Of a stretch of 64,000 bases of DNA, positions 10,101-18,200 are shown in pieces. Each line of letters starts with the position of its first letter. The stretch's first letter is position 1. Origin of the DNA: a virus (Duplodnaviria; Caudoviricetes). The DNA is taken from the IMG/VR virus record IMGVR_UViG_3300014836_000320, positions 1 through 64,000 of that record; one strand, written 5' to 3'. The position numbers and the translations under genes are program-made. A model generated the notes under the pieces. It saw nothing but the letters and a program-made list of their open reading frames with translations, searched no databases and was not told where the DNA came from.

Positions 10101-10160
10101 ATTCATCATTGAGATGGTTCTTTGTAAGTCGCGGAGTGCGTCTATTAACTGCTGTTCCAT
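7137..10160 (-). CDS. Tail tape measure protein
   Basis: 1007 aa, Ala/Gly-rich helical, hydrophobic central segments, internal 47-aa repeats; next to baseplate-hub chaperone genes. Confidence 0.75.
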   Translation of the reverse strand: MEQQLIDALRDLQRTISMMNNNLGRGINSGGGSGGARGGKPGGSSGSTGNPLDDVAKKISKNGEKLSRVMLDQIAAARAAGRALTKEQQEFEKALGISSKAIDDSTKATKDRTEAENEAKWKAEQLARANKEAIKSTGEFAKEMLMGRGTLGQALGGLQGGLNQAAEAGNKFASFAGIVVGALSFTLTTMQEFAKNAQGVAGAIDLRALRAGFYTSRMLYSGLGENFSRVINESENSFKFFGRTTEEAVDRLADLSRGLKSGSGQLSRSLRKELGADTVKAFDRAANAAAALGMTDEERANLQASIMTQVRMTAKNEVDAQRMLVDQYSRTVVSARELSNTFGISSKALLKAIENFNRSTSGRTLARRGLGAEAQGMIASVESLFGDSLSQDQKERISGALAQGRTGDAVAVEGLNAAQRQSVMALGSAREQANQMQGGANAENLAKALQEQGNLQRIAGAYEGVREGIDNTGISRTREDINRFLSNLDPRVRQQAEQDAEKNRQAGMTTEARNIESLNKLETAINSLKGAVSSLITAIYAVGGPLALIATALTGAALMKMLGGGIGGVAKTALEKIGIGGGAMPDAGARRRTRIGGGRGRRGGAGGAGGAGGGVMDKIGSGIGSVGEGLGKGIAGLAAGIGEGLAKLLPAIGQGIAGFISAFGNPAVLKGALILAGVVAIVGGGIALALGAMGLGLKAFAWGLKDVNEIDGAKLSEVATGLKDLTTGVLAFSLAAGANIMGSLVNGIASLFGADITTRIKRAVEDLAPIAPMLSVIGPAMRNFGEGLKFFGEGFTSLKAVGAGEMQKIFAVIRESGLGNIAPFGIGIQNFGQGLKYFGEAFASLKGVGADSMHRIFAVIRESGLNNLASMGQGMLNFGTGLKSFAEALKLINVDHLQRVMESLKTVTQDDIRKFQGIRQSPMGVNPRTAQPIQTAINPTEQVSALLTPTDTANTQIQQLAQNNPLGQEDSPASRAILSLLSNIATDINAIRGNTRPDSGVSPVRLG

Positions 10161-10197
10161 TGTGGCGTTTGGTTCTTTTTACCGTTAAAACTCCAGA

Positions 10198-10244
10198 TAA
10201 GTATATCATCAACTTATAGTGGGGTTCTTTTATGAGCCTATTTA
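10198..10244. promoter_or_regulatory. Overlapping face-to-face late promoters (TAAGTA + strand 10198-10203; TAAATA - strand 10239-10244)
   Basis: Same TAA(A/G)TA motif found before many structural genes in this window. Confidence 0.6.
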
Positions 10245-10262
10245 CCAACAAGGATTAACTAC

Positions 10263-11147
10263 ATGGATAATCAAAATCCGCTGACGCAAAAGGCTCAAGC
10301 CAATCCGTTAGCACAATACTATCGCAGACCCGGCACCTATGTGCAACTGCCCAGTTCTGGACGTTTTTACTCAAAGCCGCCTAAATTCAGCGACACTGGC
10401 GAATTGGCTGTGTTTCCAATGACAGCCAAAGATGAACTGATTTTAAAGAATCCTGACGCACTATTCAACGGCGAAGCCATCAAGCAGGTGGTAGCCAGTG
10501 TTTGCCCAGATATTCCTGATGTCAATGAAATTCCTGCCGCAGATTTGGACATGATTTTGGTGGCCATGCGTATGACCAGTTACGGCGATGACATGGGGTT
10601 ATCAATCAGCCATGGCTGTGACGAAAGCAACGGTCGTGAACAAAGCATCACTGTAAGCCTAGGTTCCATTGTTGCTAGTCTGCGTCCAATTCCCAGCGAT
10701 GTCGGCATTGTAAAACTGGGTTCAGGCATCACAGTTGCACTTCGTCCGTATAATCTACATGATCAAAGTCGACTGTTGAGAATGCAGTTTAACACCATGC
10801 GCCAAATACAGGCCAATGAAGAAAACAAACTGCTCAGCACCGAAGATCGCACTCGCATTGCCACAGAACAATACAACTCCATGGTTGAATTGGCTCAACA
10901 ACTGTTGACAGGATGTGTGGAAAAAGTTTCAACACCAGACGGTGTTGAAGTCACTGATCGTCGACACATTGCAGATTGGGTGAAAAATCTCGATCGTGCC
11001 AGTGTTGATCGTTTGGATCAGGAACTCAAACGCTTTCAAGAGTTTGGTATCATTCGTGAAGTCACTACCAAATGTGATTATTGTGGCACCGACTATAAAA
11101 CTGACATGCTGTTTGATCCCACAAGTTTTTTTACCGCAGGCTCTTGA
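10263..11147 (+). CDS. Baseplate hub assembly chaperone, gp26-like
   Basis: MTAKDELILKNPDALFNG, DLDMILVAMRMTSYG, C-terminal KCDYCG..FDPTSFF. Confidence 0.85.
   Translation: MDNQNPLTQKAQANPLAQYYRRPGTYVQLPSSGRFYSKPPKFSDTGELAVFPMTAKDELILKNPDALFNGEAIKQVVASVCPDIPDVNEIPAADLDMILVAMRMTSYGDDMGLSISHGCDESNGREQSITVSLGSIVASLRPIPSDVGIVKLGSGITVALRPYNLHDQSRLLRMQFNTMRQIQANEENKLLSTEDRTRIATEQYNSMVELAQQLLTGCVEKVSTPDGVEVTDRRHIADWVKNLDRASVDRLDQELKRFQEFGIIREVTTKCDYCGTDYKTDMLFDPTSFFTAGS
11126..11132 (+). other. Candidate -1 ribosomal frameshift slippery site T TTT TTT
   Basis: In-frame X XXY YYZ heptamer 4 codons before the stop; the -1 frame is open into ORF 11144-11377. Confidence 0.6.
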
Positions 11148-11377
11148 GTCTTGGTAAAAATGGTCAAGCCATCAGAAAATACATTGATGGTATAGAATCA
11201 GAAGCAAGAGCCTTAATTAAAGAAGTCAGCACTATCAGTGTGTGGTCAGGAACCAGTGCCGAACATGTTTGGTTTATGACTTACCAAGAGCGCGAAGTGT
11301 TTACCGAAGTTATCAAAGAGAAACTTGATCTTCTTTACGGCAAAAAAGGAGTAGCCCGCGGTGGCTACTCTTTGTAA
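11144..11377 (+). CDS. gp51-like chaperone segment, probably expressed as a frameshift extension of the gp26-like protein
   Basis: WFMTYQEREVF motif; only a TTG start with no good SD; lies in the -1 frame of the upstream gene. Confidence 0.65.
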   Translation: MSLGKNGQAIRKYIDGIESEARALIKEVSTISVWSGTSAEHVWFMTYQEREVFTEVIKEKLDLLYGKKGVARGGYSL

Positions 11378-11547
11378 ACATAGTTGGGTTCTGCTTTCCA
11401 ACGTCCTTCAGGACAGGCCATAACAGCCAACTTGGTTTTGATAGGCATCAAACACCAGCATTTTCTGCAAACTCTAATAGAATTTAAATTAGGACAAGCC
11501 CAGCAGATGTTCAATCGCTCTTGGGCTACTTCTGGTTCTACAAACAT
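11365..11547 (-). CDS. Small Cys-rich protein (DUF6171-like), paralog of 1085-1336
   Basis: ERLNICWAC..VCRKCWC..CPEGRW; start trimmed to ATG 11547. Confidence 0.7.
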   Translation of the reverse strand: MFVEPEVAQERLNICWACPNLNSIRVCRKCWCLMPIKTKLAVMACPEGRWKAEPNYVYKE

Positions 11548-11659
11548 ACGCCATTCAAGACGCTGTAGCCCTTGAGGTTTGCTGTCGTGATCTCTGTTGA
11601 CCGTAGTAGATTTTGATACTCGCTTCAAGTCGTGGTTGTCCTTAATTGTTTCATCTTCT

Positions 11660-12240
11660 CTAGGGCGATTTCATCGCCCTGAATTTCGCGATGCTTCGCA
11701 TCTGCTCATTCTTTTTTATCTTGTTTTAGATTGGATATTTACAGTTTCAAACTTTATTAACTGTAGATTGTTTTTTAACTTAAGATGATACTTGACGATG
11801 ATGGACTAGCCACACTTAGCCGTAAGCACGGCTAAGTTTTTTGATGTTTGTGTCATCTTGACGATGCCGTCTACACCACCTTGGATTAAGCAACTGTTTG
11901 ACAACAGCAAAGGCGGTCACGCTCTACCTTTTTACACTTGACTTATAACGCTAGAAACTGCAACCGAATCCAAGCAATTTGCAGTTCTATGTAGGTTGTA
12001 ATAGTTCACCAGAGCCTACTCATTTTGGCAATCATATACTGCGCCAATCTCTTCCATGCCTGAGATCGCGTCCTGTTAAGGATAGTGGCGACAAGTCCCC
12101 GCTACCGCGTCGGGAGTTCCTTCCCCTGTGCAACCCAAGTGCCAGGTTTTATGGGTGTCAATTAACCGGCTGACACAAGCCTATCGGTAGTTATTCAAGC
12201 CTAAGCAGAGGTGCCGTCGTTAAAACATGCTTTAAAGCGA
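11660..12240 (-). ncRNA. Putative large structured ncRNA (size and ornateness like the ROOL/GOLLD class; family unconfirmed)
   Basis: No credible ORF; about 10 hairpins (e.g. 11814-11837, 11894-11907, 11909-11932, 11952-11989, 11991-12019, 12071-12082, 12155-12176); TAAATA late motif at 12247-12252. Confidence 0.7.
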
Positions 12241-12282
12241 GTAAGTTATTTAAGAGCCAGAAAAAATTAAAATATGCTATTA

Positions 12283-12804
12283 TTATGAATTAGCCGAAGA
12301 GGATGCCTGAACGCGATCTTTGTTGTGTTGCCAGAAGAGATCGTAGTCTACGATATACCAAATGCCGTATTTTTGACTACGATAGATAGAGTAGTTTTGA
12401 TTTTCAATGTCTGCCCAAGGGTGAGCCACAGCGATGAATTTACCTTTGCGGTTGAATTTCATTATAAGGATGTTAAAGTCGCCAGGATCGGCTGCGTCAT
12501 GTAGTTGATCTAGCCAAGATTCTAGTATTTTGATTTCGCCAGAGTAGAGTTGATGGAATGGAAAGTCAGCATAACTTTTGCATTCGCAGTTGAATTTAGT
12601 CCAGGTCAGGGGAGGTGTTATGTCCCCTTTCATGGACCTAATTTGTCCTTCGTGCAGAAACTCTTTGCGGAACTGATTCTTTCCGCCAATGTAGGCGCCC
12701 GAGTGAGGAACGCGGATGAACGTTTCACCATACAATTCAGTAAGGTGATTGGCTACATCCCGCTCCCAACTCTTGCCTTTGTTTTTGCTTTTGCTACCGG
12801 CCAT
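12283..12804 (-). CDS. Holliday junction resolvase-like PD-(D/E)XK nuclease
   Basis: SKNKGKSWERDVA..GDI..ECKSY motif. Confidence 0.85.
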   Translation of the reverse strand: MAGSKSKNKGKSWERDVANHLTELYGETFIRVPHSGAYIGGKNQFRKEFLHEGQIRSMKGDITPPLTWTKFNCECKSYADFPFHQLYSGEIKILESWLDQLHDAADPGDFNILIMKFNRKGKFIAVAHPWADIENQNYSIYRSQKYGIWYIVDYDLFWQHNKDRVQASSSANS

Positions 12805-12992
12805 TATTTTGCGGCCAACGCTTCCTTCTCGGCCGTAATCTCTTTACGGCGTTCTTTGATAGCCTTGCTCATTTCCTGTAGAGCCTTACGAGCGCGAGCG
12901 GCTGATGCCTTTACGCCCTTGACTGTGAACTTTTCATTTTCGGCCATATAGGTTTCAAATGCGTTCTTAATTGCTTCGTGATTTGCTGACAT
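12804..12992 (-). CDS. Histone H1-like (Hc1 family) small basic protein
   Basis: KGVKASAARARKALQEMSKAIKERRKEI resembles the Hc1-family KGNKAAG.RARK motif. Confidence 0.7.
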   Translation of the reverse strand: MSANHEAIKNAFETYMAENEKFTVKGVKASAARARKALQEMSKAIKERRKEITAEKEALAAK

Positions 12993-13002
12993 AAATGTCT
13001 CC

Positions 13003-14781
13003 TTAAATTAACAGCGAAGTATCTGTGTCGTTTTCCAACATGGTGAATCCATTTTGTTTTACGACCATCAATACATTATTGACTCGACCAGCCAACTCAT
13101 CTCGGTGACTGATCAAGAATACGTTACGATTCATTTCACGACCCATGGTCTTCAAAATAGCCATTGCGTTTTCAATGCCAATTTGATCCATGCCAGAATC
13201 CACAAGTTCATCAATGAACATGAGATTCATGGTTTCGTTGAAACTTTCATAAACGTCCCTAAAACTCCAACTCAGCGCAAGAATCAATCTATTACGCTCT
13301 CCGCGGCTTAGGTTGTCAAAATCAAAACTTTGACCCAGTTGTGTAATGTCCACTTCCAGATCACTTTTGAAAACAACCGTATGCGGTAGTTGTAGTTTAT
13401 CCAAGTAATATCCTAGCCTGTGATTCAAATAGCCAAGATTTTGCTCAATTATACGCTTTCGGACAAATGAGTCTTTGTTGGTCAGCAGTTTGAGCAGGAA
13501 ATCCTGATGCTCCAACAGTTTGGTCAAGCGATTCATTTCGTCCCAGTTGATTTCGGCCAGTGCAGTATTTTTCAAACTGGCAATCTGTTCTTGATAAGGA
13601 TCTTGTTCAGCATCCTTGGCAATCAACTGTTGTTTGAGGTTCTCTAGATTGTTTTTATGCGCGGCGGCATCTTCGAGATTCAAATATTTGGTTTTGGGTC
13701 TTTCCCCAAGGTCACCAATGGTTCTAACTGCTATGTCAGCCTGAGCCAGAAAACTATGTTCTTCTCTCAGAGAGGACTTGGCCAAGTCAATGGTTTGATT
13801 GGCGTTTGTCAACATTTCATCATGCTTGGTGTCGTGAACATCTTGACCACAACTGGGACAACGATGTTCAACCAAGTGACTGAGATTTGATTCGGCCAGT
13901 CGTAGTGCTTCTTGTAGTTTCTTTACGTTGGCTTGCCGCTGAGCCAATTCTTTATTGGCTAACTTTAGGCGAGTTTCATTTTCTTTGTAGACCACTAAAC
14001 TACGGTGTGATTCAAGTTCAGCCTCAATGTCCGTGGCTTCCAATTCTGCAATGGCCGCATCCAGTGCCGACATGTCTGTGGACTTTTTTGTAGCCCAGGT
14101 TCTACTACGTCGTTCTAGATCGTCAATGCTGGCCTGAACACGAGTATTGGCTTCTTGTAAAGCCTTGATACGAGCCTCTTCATCACGAATAGACTCTTTG
14201 GCGTTTTTAATGTGTTCACGCAGATACTCGGCCTTTTCACTTAGTTGTGTGATGCCCAGCAGTTCTTCAATGATATCGCGCTGTTCATTGGCCTTGAGAC
14301 TCAAGAAAGGCAATGTGTAGGTGTTAAGAGCCACAAGATGCTTGAACATTTCTGGGCCCATACCAACAACACGATCAATGGCTTCTTGTGTCACACGATT
14401 TTCACCAGCGCCTTCATCAGTGTTGGCTTCGTTGACTTCGCTGTCGTCAACATAGAAATGCAAGACATTGGGCTTGCGACCACGTTCAATCTTATAGCGA
14501 TTGCCATTCTTTTCAAACTCCACTGTGACCAACATGTTTTTGCCATTGGTCTTGTTCAGCAGATTCTCTTTGCGAATGTTGGTCAGTGCTGATCCATAAA
14601 GTGCATAACTCAAGGCATTGACCATTGTGGTCTTGCCCACACCATTGCGAGCACCATCACCGCCCAAGTCAAGATTGTTGCCTAGCACAAGGGTCAGGCC
14701 ATGTTGATCCATACGAAGAGCCTGGGTAACATTACCCACACTCATAAAGTTACGCATGGTTAGATTGCGAAATATAATCAT
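13003..14781 (-). CDS. gp46: Recombination ATPase, gp46/SbcC/Rad50-like
   Basis: Walker A GARNGVGKT, zinc hook CPSCG, signature LSRGE, Walker B FIDE. Confidence 0.95.
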   Translation of the reverse strand: MIIFRNLTMRNFMSVGNVTQALRMDQHGLTLVLGNNLDLGGDGARNGVGKTTMVNALSYALYGSALTNIRKENLLNKTNGKNMLVTVEFEKNGNRYKIERGRKPNVLHFYVDDSEVNEANTDEGAGENRVTQEAIDRVVGMGPEMFKHLVALNTYTLPFLSLKANEQRDIIEELLGITQLSEKAEYLREHIKNAKESIRDEEARIKALQEANTRVQASIDDLERRSRTWATKKSTDMSALDAAIAELEATDIEAELESHRSLVVYKENETRLKLANKELAQRQANVKKLQEALRLAESNLSHLVEHRCPSCGQDVHDTKHDEMLTNANQTIDLAKSSLREEHSFLAQADIAVRTIGDLGERPKTKYLNLEDAAAHKNNLENLKQQLIAKDAEQDPYQEQIASLKNTALAEINWDEMNRLTKLLEHQDFLLKLLTNKDSFVRKRIIEQNLGYLNHRLGYYLDKLQLPHTVVFKSDLEVDITQLGQSFDFDNLSRGERNRLILALSWSFRDVYESFNETMNLMFIDELVDSGMDQIGIENAMAILKTMGREMNRNVFLISHRDELAGRVNNVLMVVKQNGFTMLENDTDTSLLI

Positions 14782-15800
14782 CTATTAAGGCCCTGATAAA
14801 TTTCTGTCAGTAGTCTGCGATCAATGACTTCAGAGTCAATGGCTTGAATCTGATTCAACACAATTGCATCTACACTTTCAAACTGGATTTCACCACCCGA
14901 CCACTCAGTGGTGTGTTCTTCCTTTTTACCTGGAATCAGTGCCAGTTCGCGCATGCCATATTCTTTGACCCACTGTTCTTTGATGTAGGTGGCTTCCTCG
15001 TAGGAGATGTCTACGTCAATGGTTACCCTGGCAAATGTTTGTGTATCAAATAAACTTTCATGCTTGTCAATGGCTTCAGTAAGTGTCAGCGTCTTGAACT
15101 TGGGAGCATTGGGCCAGCGTCGGTAGTCAGGCTGTCCGCCATACTCCAGGAACATACACCCACGCTCGTCATCCCAGGCATCAGCATAGTTGTGCGGGAA
15201 ACAATTGCCCATATACACTACATTACCCTGTTGCTGTCGCTTGTGAAAGTGACCTGAGAACACCAGTTCTTGGTTGGGGAAGTGTCCAGCATTGAGTCCG
15301 CCATGATCAGGCATTTCAACCATGGCATTCATTTTGAATTTAGGCAATTCAAAGTGCCCAAACACATATCGACTCTTTAGTCGTTTCATTGATTGCCACT
15401 CGTCTCCGACCAGCCAAGGCACAATGGTCATGTCACCCACAGTGAGTATGTCATTGACCAGTGTGACATTAGGCAAGTAGCCGCCAAAAGGCAAACTGTT
15501 GATTTCTCGTTTTTCTCTGTAGGCCAAGTCATGGTTGCCCATGATAATGTAGACACGTTCAAAGTTTTCTGAAAGATACTTGATGTTTGATGCAGTATAG
15601 TTCAGCGTGGAAACGTTGATGTTGCTACGATTATTGTGCCAGTCACCTAGGAAGATTGCAGTTTCGGCTCCCTCGCGGTGAGCCTCTTCAGTCATCCAGC
15701 GGATAAAGTTTTCGCAGTCGTCATTGTGGGCACGACTGTTGTTGCGTAGTCCAAAATGGATGTCCGTAAAGCACACGGCTTTCTTGAAAGGTTGAGTCAT
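14778..15800 (-). CDS. gp47: Recombination nuclease, gp47/SbcD/Mre11-like
   Basis: Metallophosphoesterase motifs DIHFG, GDWH, GNHD, GHFH. Confidence 0.95.
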   Translation of the reverse strand: MTQPFKKAVCFTDIHFGLRNNSRAHNDDCENFIRWMTEEAHREGAETAIFLGDWHNNRSNINVSTLNYTASNIKYLSENFERVYIIMGNHDLAYREKREINSLPFGGYLPNVTLVNDILTVGDMTIVPWLVGDEWQSMKRLKSRYVFGHFELPKFKMNAMVEMPDHGGLNAGHFPNQELVFSGHFHKRQQQGNVVYMGNCFPHNYADAWDDERGCMFLEYGGQPDYRRWPNAPKFKTLTLTEAIDKHESLFDTQTFARVTIDVDISYEEATYIKEQWVKEYGMRELALIPGKKEEHTTEWSGGEIQFESVDAIVLNQIQAIDSEVIDRRLLTEIYQGLNR

Positions 15801-15804
15801 CTTG

Positions 15805-15999
15805 TTATTTTAACATACTTTCTAGTTGATGTCTACAGCGAGTTATTTCGTCTTTGATATACAACTTTTTCTTTTTAATATTGTGAGCCTCTACCGAATC
15901 GTTTTGATGTTGTTTTTCTAGTTTAATCAGTTGGCTATCCAAGTGTCTATGCGAATCTTCTAAATGACTGATGTGATGTTTAAGGCTTTCGGTATGCAT
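15805..15999 (-). CDS. DUF465/YdcH-like small protein
   Basis: HRHLDSQL..IKKKKLYIKDEI pattern; SD GGAG. Confidence 0.75.
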   Translation of the reverse strand: MHTESLKHHISHLEDSHRHLDSQLIKLEKQHQNDSVEAHNIKKKKLYIKDEITRCRHQLESMLK

Positions 16000-16012
16000 A
16001 TCTTGCGTCTCC

Positions 16013-16426
16013 TTATTTTAGATACGGCTTCAAGTCCGGTGGCTTCCATCCTTCGGGCTTTAATACTTTGCCATCTTCGCGTTTGCGAACCTTGCCCGTG
16101 ATTGGGTCAATTTTGGCCAAGTTAGTTCTCATTACTTCATTCCAAGCACCTTCTGCATTGGCACCCATTGAATGGATGGCACCAATGGTCACTACCAGAA
16201 TGTCTACCAGCGCATCTAGTGTTTCTACAGGATCAGCATCTTTGACTCTGTTATGGTCGGTGTCTAATCCCTGTGCTTCCAACAGTTCGTGATATTCTTC
16301 CTTGATCAACTTTAGATATAGATCAAATTGAATACCCAATGGATCTGTAACTTCGTGCTGGTTGGAAGGAACTGCCTGATCGCAGGCTCGCATAAAGTGT
16401 TCTTGGTCCTTAAAAGGATTGGTCAT
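16013..16426 (-). CDS. MazG-like/PRA-PH-family NTP pyrophosphohydrolase
   Basis: LIKEEYHEL, LDALVDILVV, NLAK..RKREDGKVLKPEGW. Confidence 0.85.
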   Translation of the reverse strand: MTNPFKDQEHFMRACDQAVPSNQHEVTDPLGIQFDLYLKLIKEEYHELLEAQGLDTDHNRVKDADPVETLDALVDILVVTIGAIHSMGANAEGAWNEVMRTNLAKIDPITGKVRKREDGKVLKPEGWKPPDLKPYLK

Positions 16427-17430
16427 AGTTGATCCTCCTCAACAGGCATAGGCAAGTTTTCTTCATCAACTTCTTCACCAATCATGTCCATAGCATCCTT
16501 ATACGGTTCTTCTTTGTTTAGTTCGTTTTCCACGGCTTCGGCCTTAAGCGCATTTAGACGCTCGACTTCAGCATGGTGTTGTTCAATATGCTCCATTTGA
16601 CGTGTCCACGAAGGCATCTGACCGGCTTCTTGCAGTAAGTCATCACGAATATCACGCTGGCGTTTCTCTACGTTGAGCACCCGAGTAAACGAATTGGTTA
16701 CTGCCGCTGTGTAGTAGGCAAAAGGATTGTTGGACTTGGATTCATCAAACTGAAGTGCAATCTGAGTCAACTGTATAAGAGCCTGGCCTCGCATTTCGTC
16801 GATATAACTGTAGCCACGCCAGTTTGATCGCAAACTGTAGCGTTCACACAGTTTCAAGAACATAGCACCCAGGTGATTGGTAAGCCCGCCGTGGTCCACA
16901 CTAAATTTGCCACGCTTGAGCGTGCCTGACCAATGGCTACGAACTACTTCTTGCCAGTTTCCTTCACTGTCTTGAACAAAGTGTTTGAACGGTGGAAAAT
17001 TGACCTTGGCTCTGTGATCGCTTTCGCTTTTGGGATTGTTCTTGCGCCCAGGCTCCAAAGGAATATGTTCCCAGGACATGAGCCTGACCACTAGGTCAGT
17101 TGTGGCAATCTTTTTAATAGGTATCTCAAATTCGTCGGCTTTGGGTTTGGTGCTGGCTTTGCCGCCTTCTTCTGTCCACTTTGCCAGTGCCTGCTGATGT
17201 GCTTGTTGGCTAAGACGTGATGATCTAGCCTTTTTTGCCAAATTCAGCACACCCTCAGGATATGCCTTGGTTTTGCGATTATGAAAATGTTTTAGATCAT
17301 GTAGAATGATGTCATACTCAGTGTATTTTGGATCATCAATCCAGCAGTATGTGAGTTTACTGCGATGTATTTCTGCTAAAAGGTCTTTGTTTTTTAGGTA
17401 TACTTGTTTTGGTTTTTGTTCTTCAATCAT
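16423..17430 (-). CDS. gp55: Late-transcription sigma factor, gp55-like
   Basis: YLKNKDLLAEI, NWRGYSYIDEM, FDESKSNNPFAYYT motifs. Confidence 0.85.
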   Translation of the reverse strand: MIEEQKPKQVYLKNKDLLAEIHRSKLTYCWIDDPKYTEYDIILHDLKHFHNRKTKAYPEGVLNLAKKARSSRLSQQAHQQALAKWTEEGGKASTKPKADEFEIPIKKIATTDLVVRLMSWEHIPLEPGRKNNPKSESDHRAKVNFPPFKHFVQDSEGNWQEVVRSHWSGTLKRGKFSVDHGGLTNHLGAMFLKLCERYSLRSNWRGYSYIDEMRGQALIQLTQIALQFDESKSNNPFAYYTAAVTNSFTRVLNVEKRQRDIRDDLLQEAGQMPSWTRQMEHIEQHHAEVERLNALKAEAVENELNKEEPYKDAMDMIGEEVDEENLPMPVEEDQL

Positions 17431-17448
17431 TCAGGGCTCCTTAGGTTT

Positions 17449-17477
17449 AGTATAGCAGAAGACCAGAGCAAGGTCAA
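17449..17477 (-). promoter_or_regulatory. Sigma70-type promoter for the gp55 operon
   Basis: TTGACC-N17-TATACT. Confidence 0.75.
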
Positions 17478-17534
17478 TAGATGATTATATGCGCGGTTAA
17501 CTAAAACGGTAAATAGGCACTGGAGAATCATCTA

Positions 17535-18200
17535 ATGAAGATCAAAGATCTATCACGCCAACTTGTTGCTGTATATGCAGGCCGCTTTCATCCGTTTCAT
17601 ATCGGACATGCCATGGCCTTCAAAGAACTACAGGCAAAGTTTGGCGCGGAATCTACTTATATTGCCACTAGCGGCAAGGTGGAACCACCTAAGAGCCCAT
17701 TTAGTTTTGAAGAAAAACTAGTAATGATCAGCGCCGCTGGCATTGATGCTGGCCGTGTTTTTCAAGAAACGGTTCCATATGCACCGTTGAACTTGCCACA
17801 GGCTCTAAAACTTGATCCAGCCAAAGATGTTTTGATTTTTGGCGTTGGCAGTAAGGACATGGCTGAAGATCCCAGATTCAACTTTGCACCTTTGAAGAAC
17901 GGAACACCCAGTTATTTCCAACCCTTGAAAGGCAACGAGAACAATCTCAAGCCTTTCAGCAATGACAAATTACCCGACGGCACTAGAGCCGGGCACGGAT
18001 ACGTTTTTGCTGTCAAGGATTACAAATTTAATGTAGCAGGACAAACTGCTGGATCTGCATCTGACATACGCAATAGATTTGTTGCTGGAGATGCAGAACT
18101 ACGTCAGCAAATTGTTGCAGATTTATATCCCAATGCATCGCCGGCAGACCAGGCAAGAATTTTAAAAATCTTTGAATCAAAATTGGGAGCAGACAAATGA
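17535..18200 (+). CDS. HIGH-motif nucleotidyltransferase (cytidylyltransferase-like)
   Basis: YAGRFHPFHIGH, SPFSFEEK, SASDIR; TAAATA at 17510-17515. Confidence 0.8.
   Translation: MKIKDLSRQLVAVYAGRFHPFHIGHAMAFKELQAKFGAESTYIATSGKVEPPKSPFSFEEKLVMISAAGIDAGRVFQETVPYAPLNLPQALKLDPAKDVLIFGVGSKDMAEDPRFNFAPLKNGTPSYFQPLKGNENNLKPFSNDKLPDGTRAGHGYVFAVKDYKFNVAGQTAGSASDIRNRFVAGDAELRQQIVADLYPNASPADQARILKIFESKLGADK

Noticed and set aside
2112-10188. Long plus-strand ORFs opposite the head and tape measure genes (e.g. 4453-4977, 7702-8202, 9550-10188)
   Set aside because: Ser/Ala/Pro-rich antisense frames produced by codon bias of well-supported minus-strand genes
11660-12240. Interpretation as group I intron, IS200/IS605 omega/HEARO RNA or CRISPR array
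   Set aside because: No interrupted gene flanks it, no IscB/TnpB/HNH ORF is adjacent, and there is no repeat-spacer periodicity
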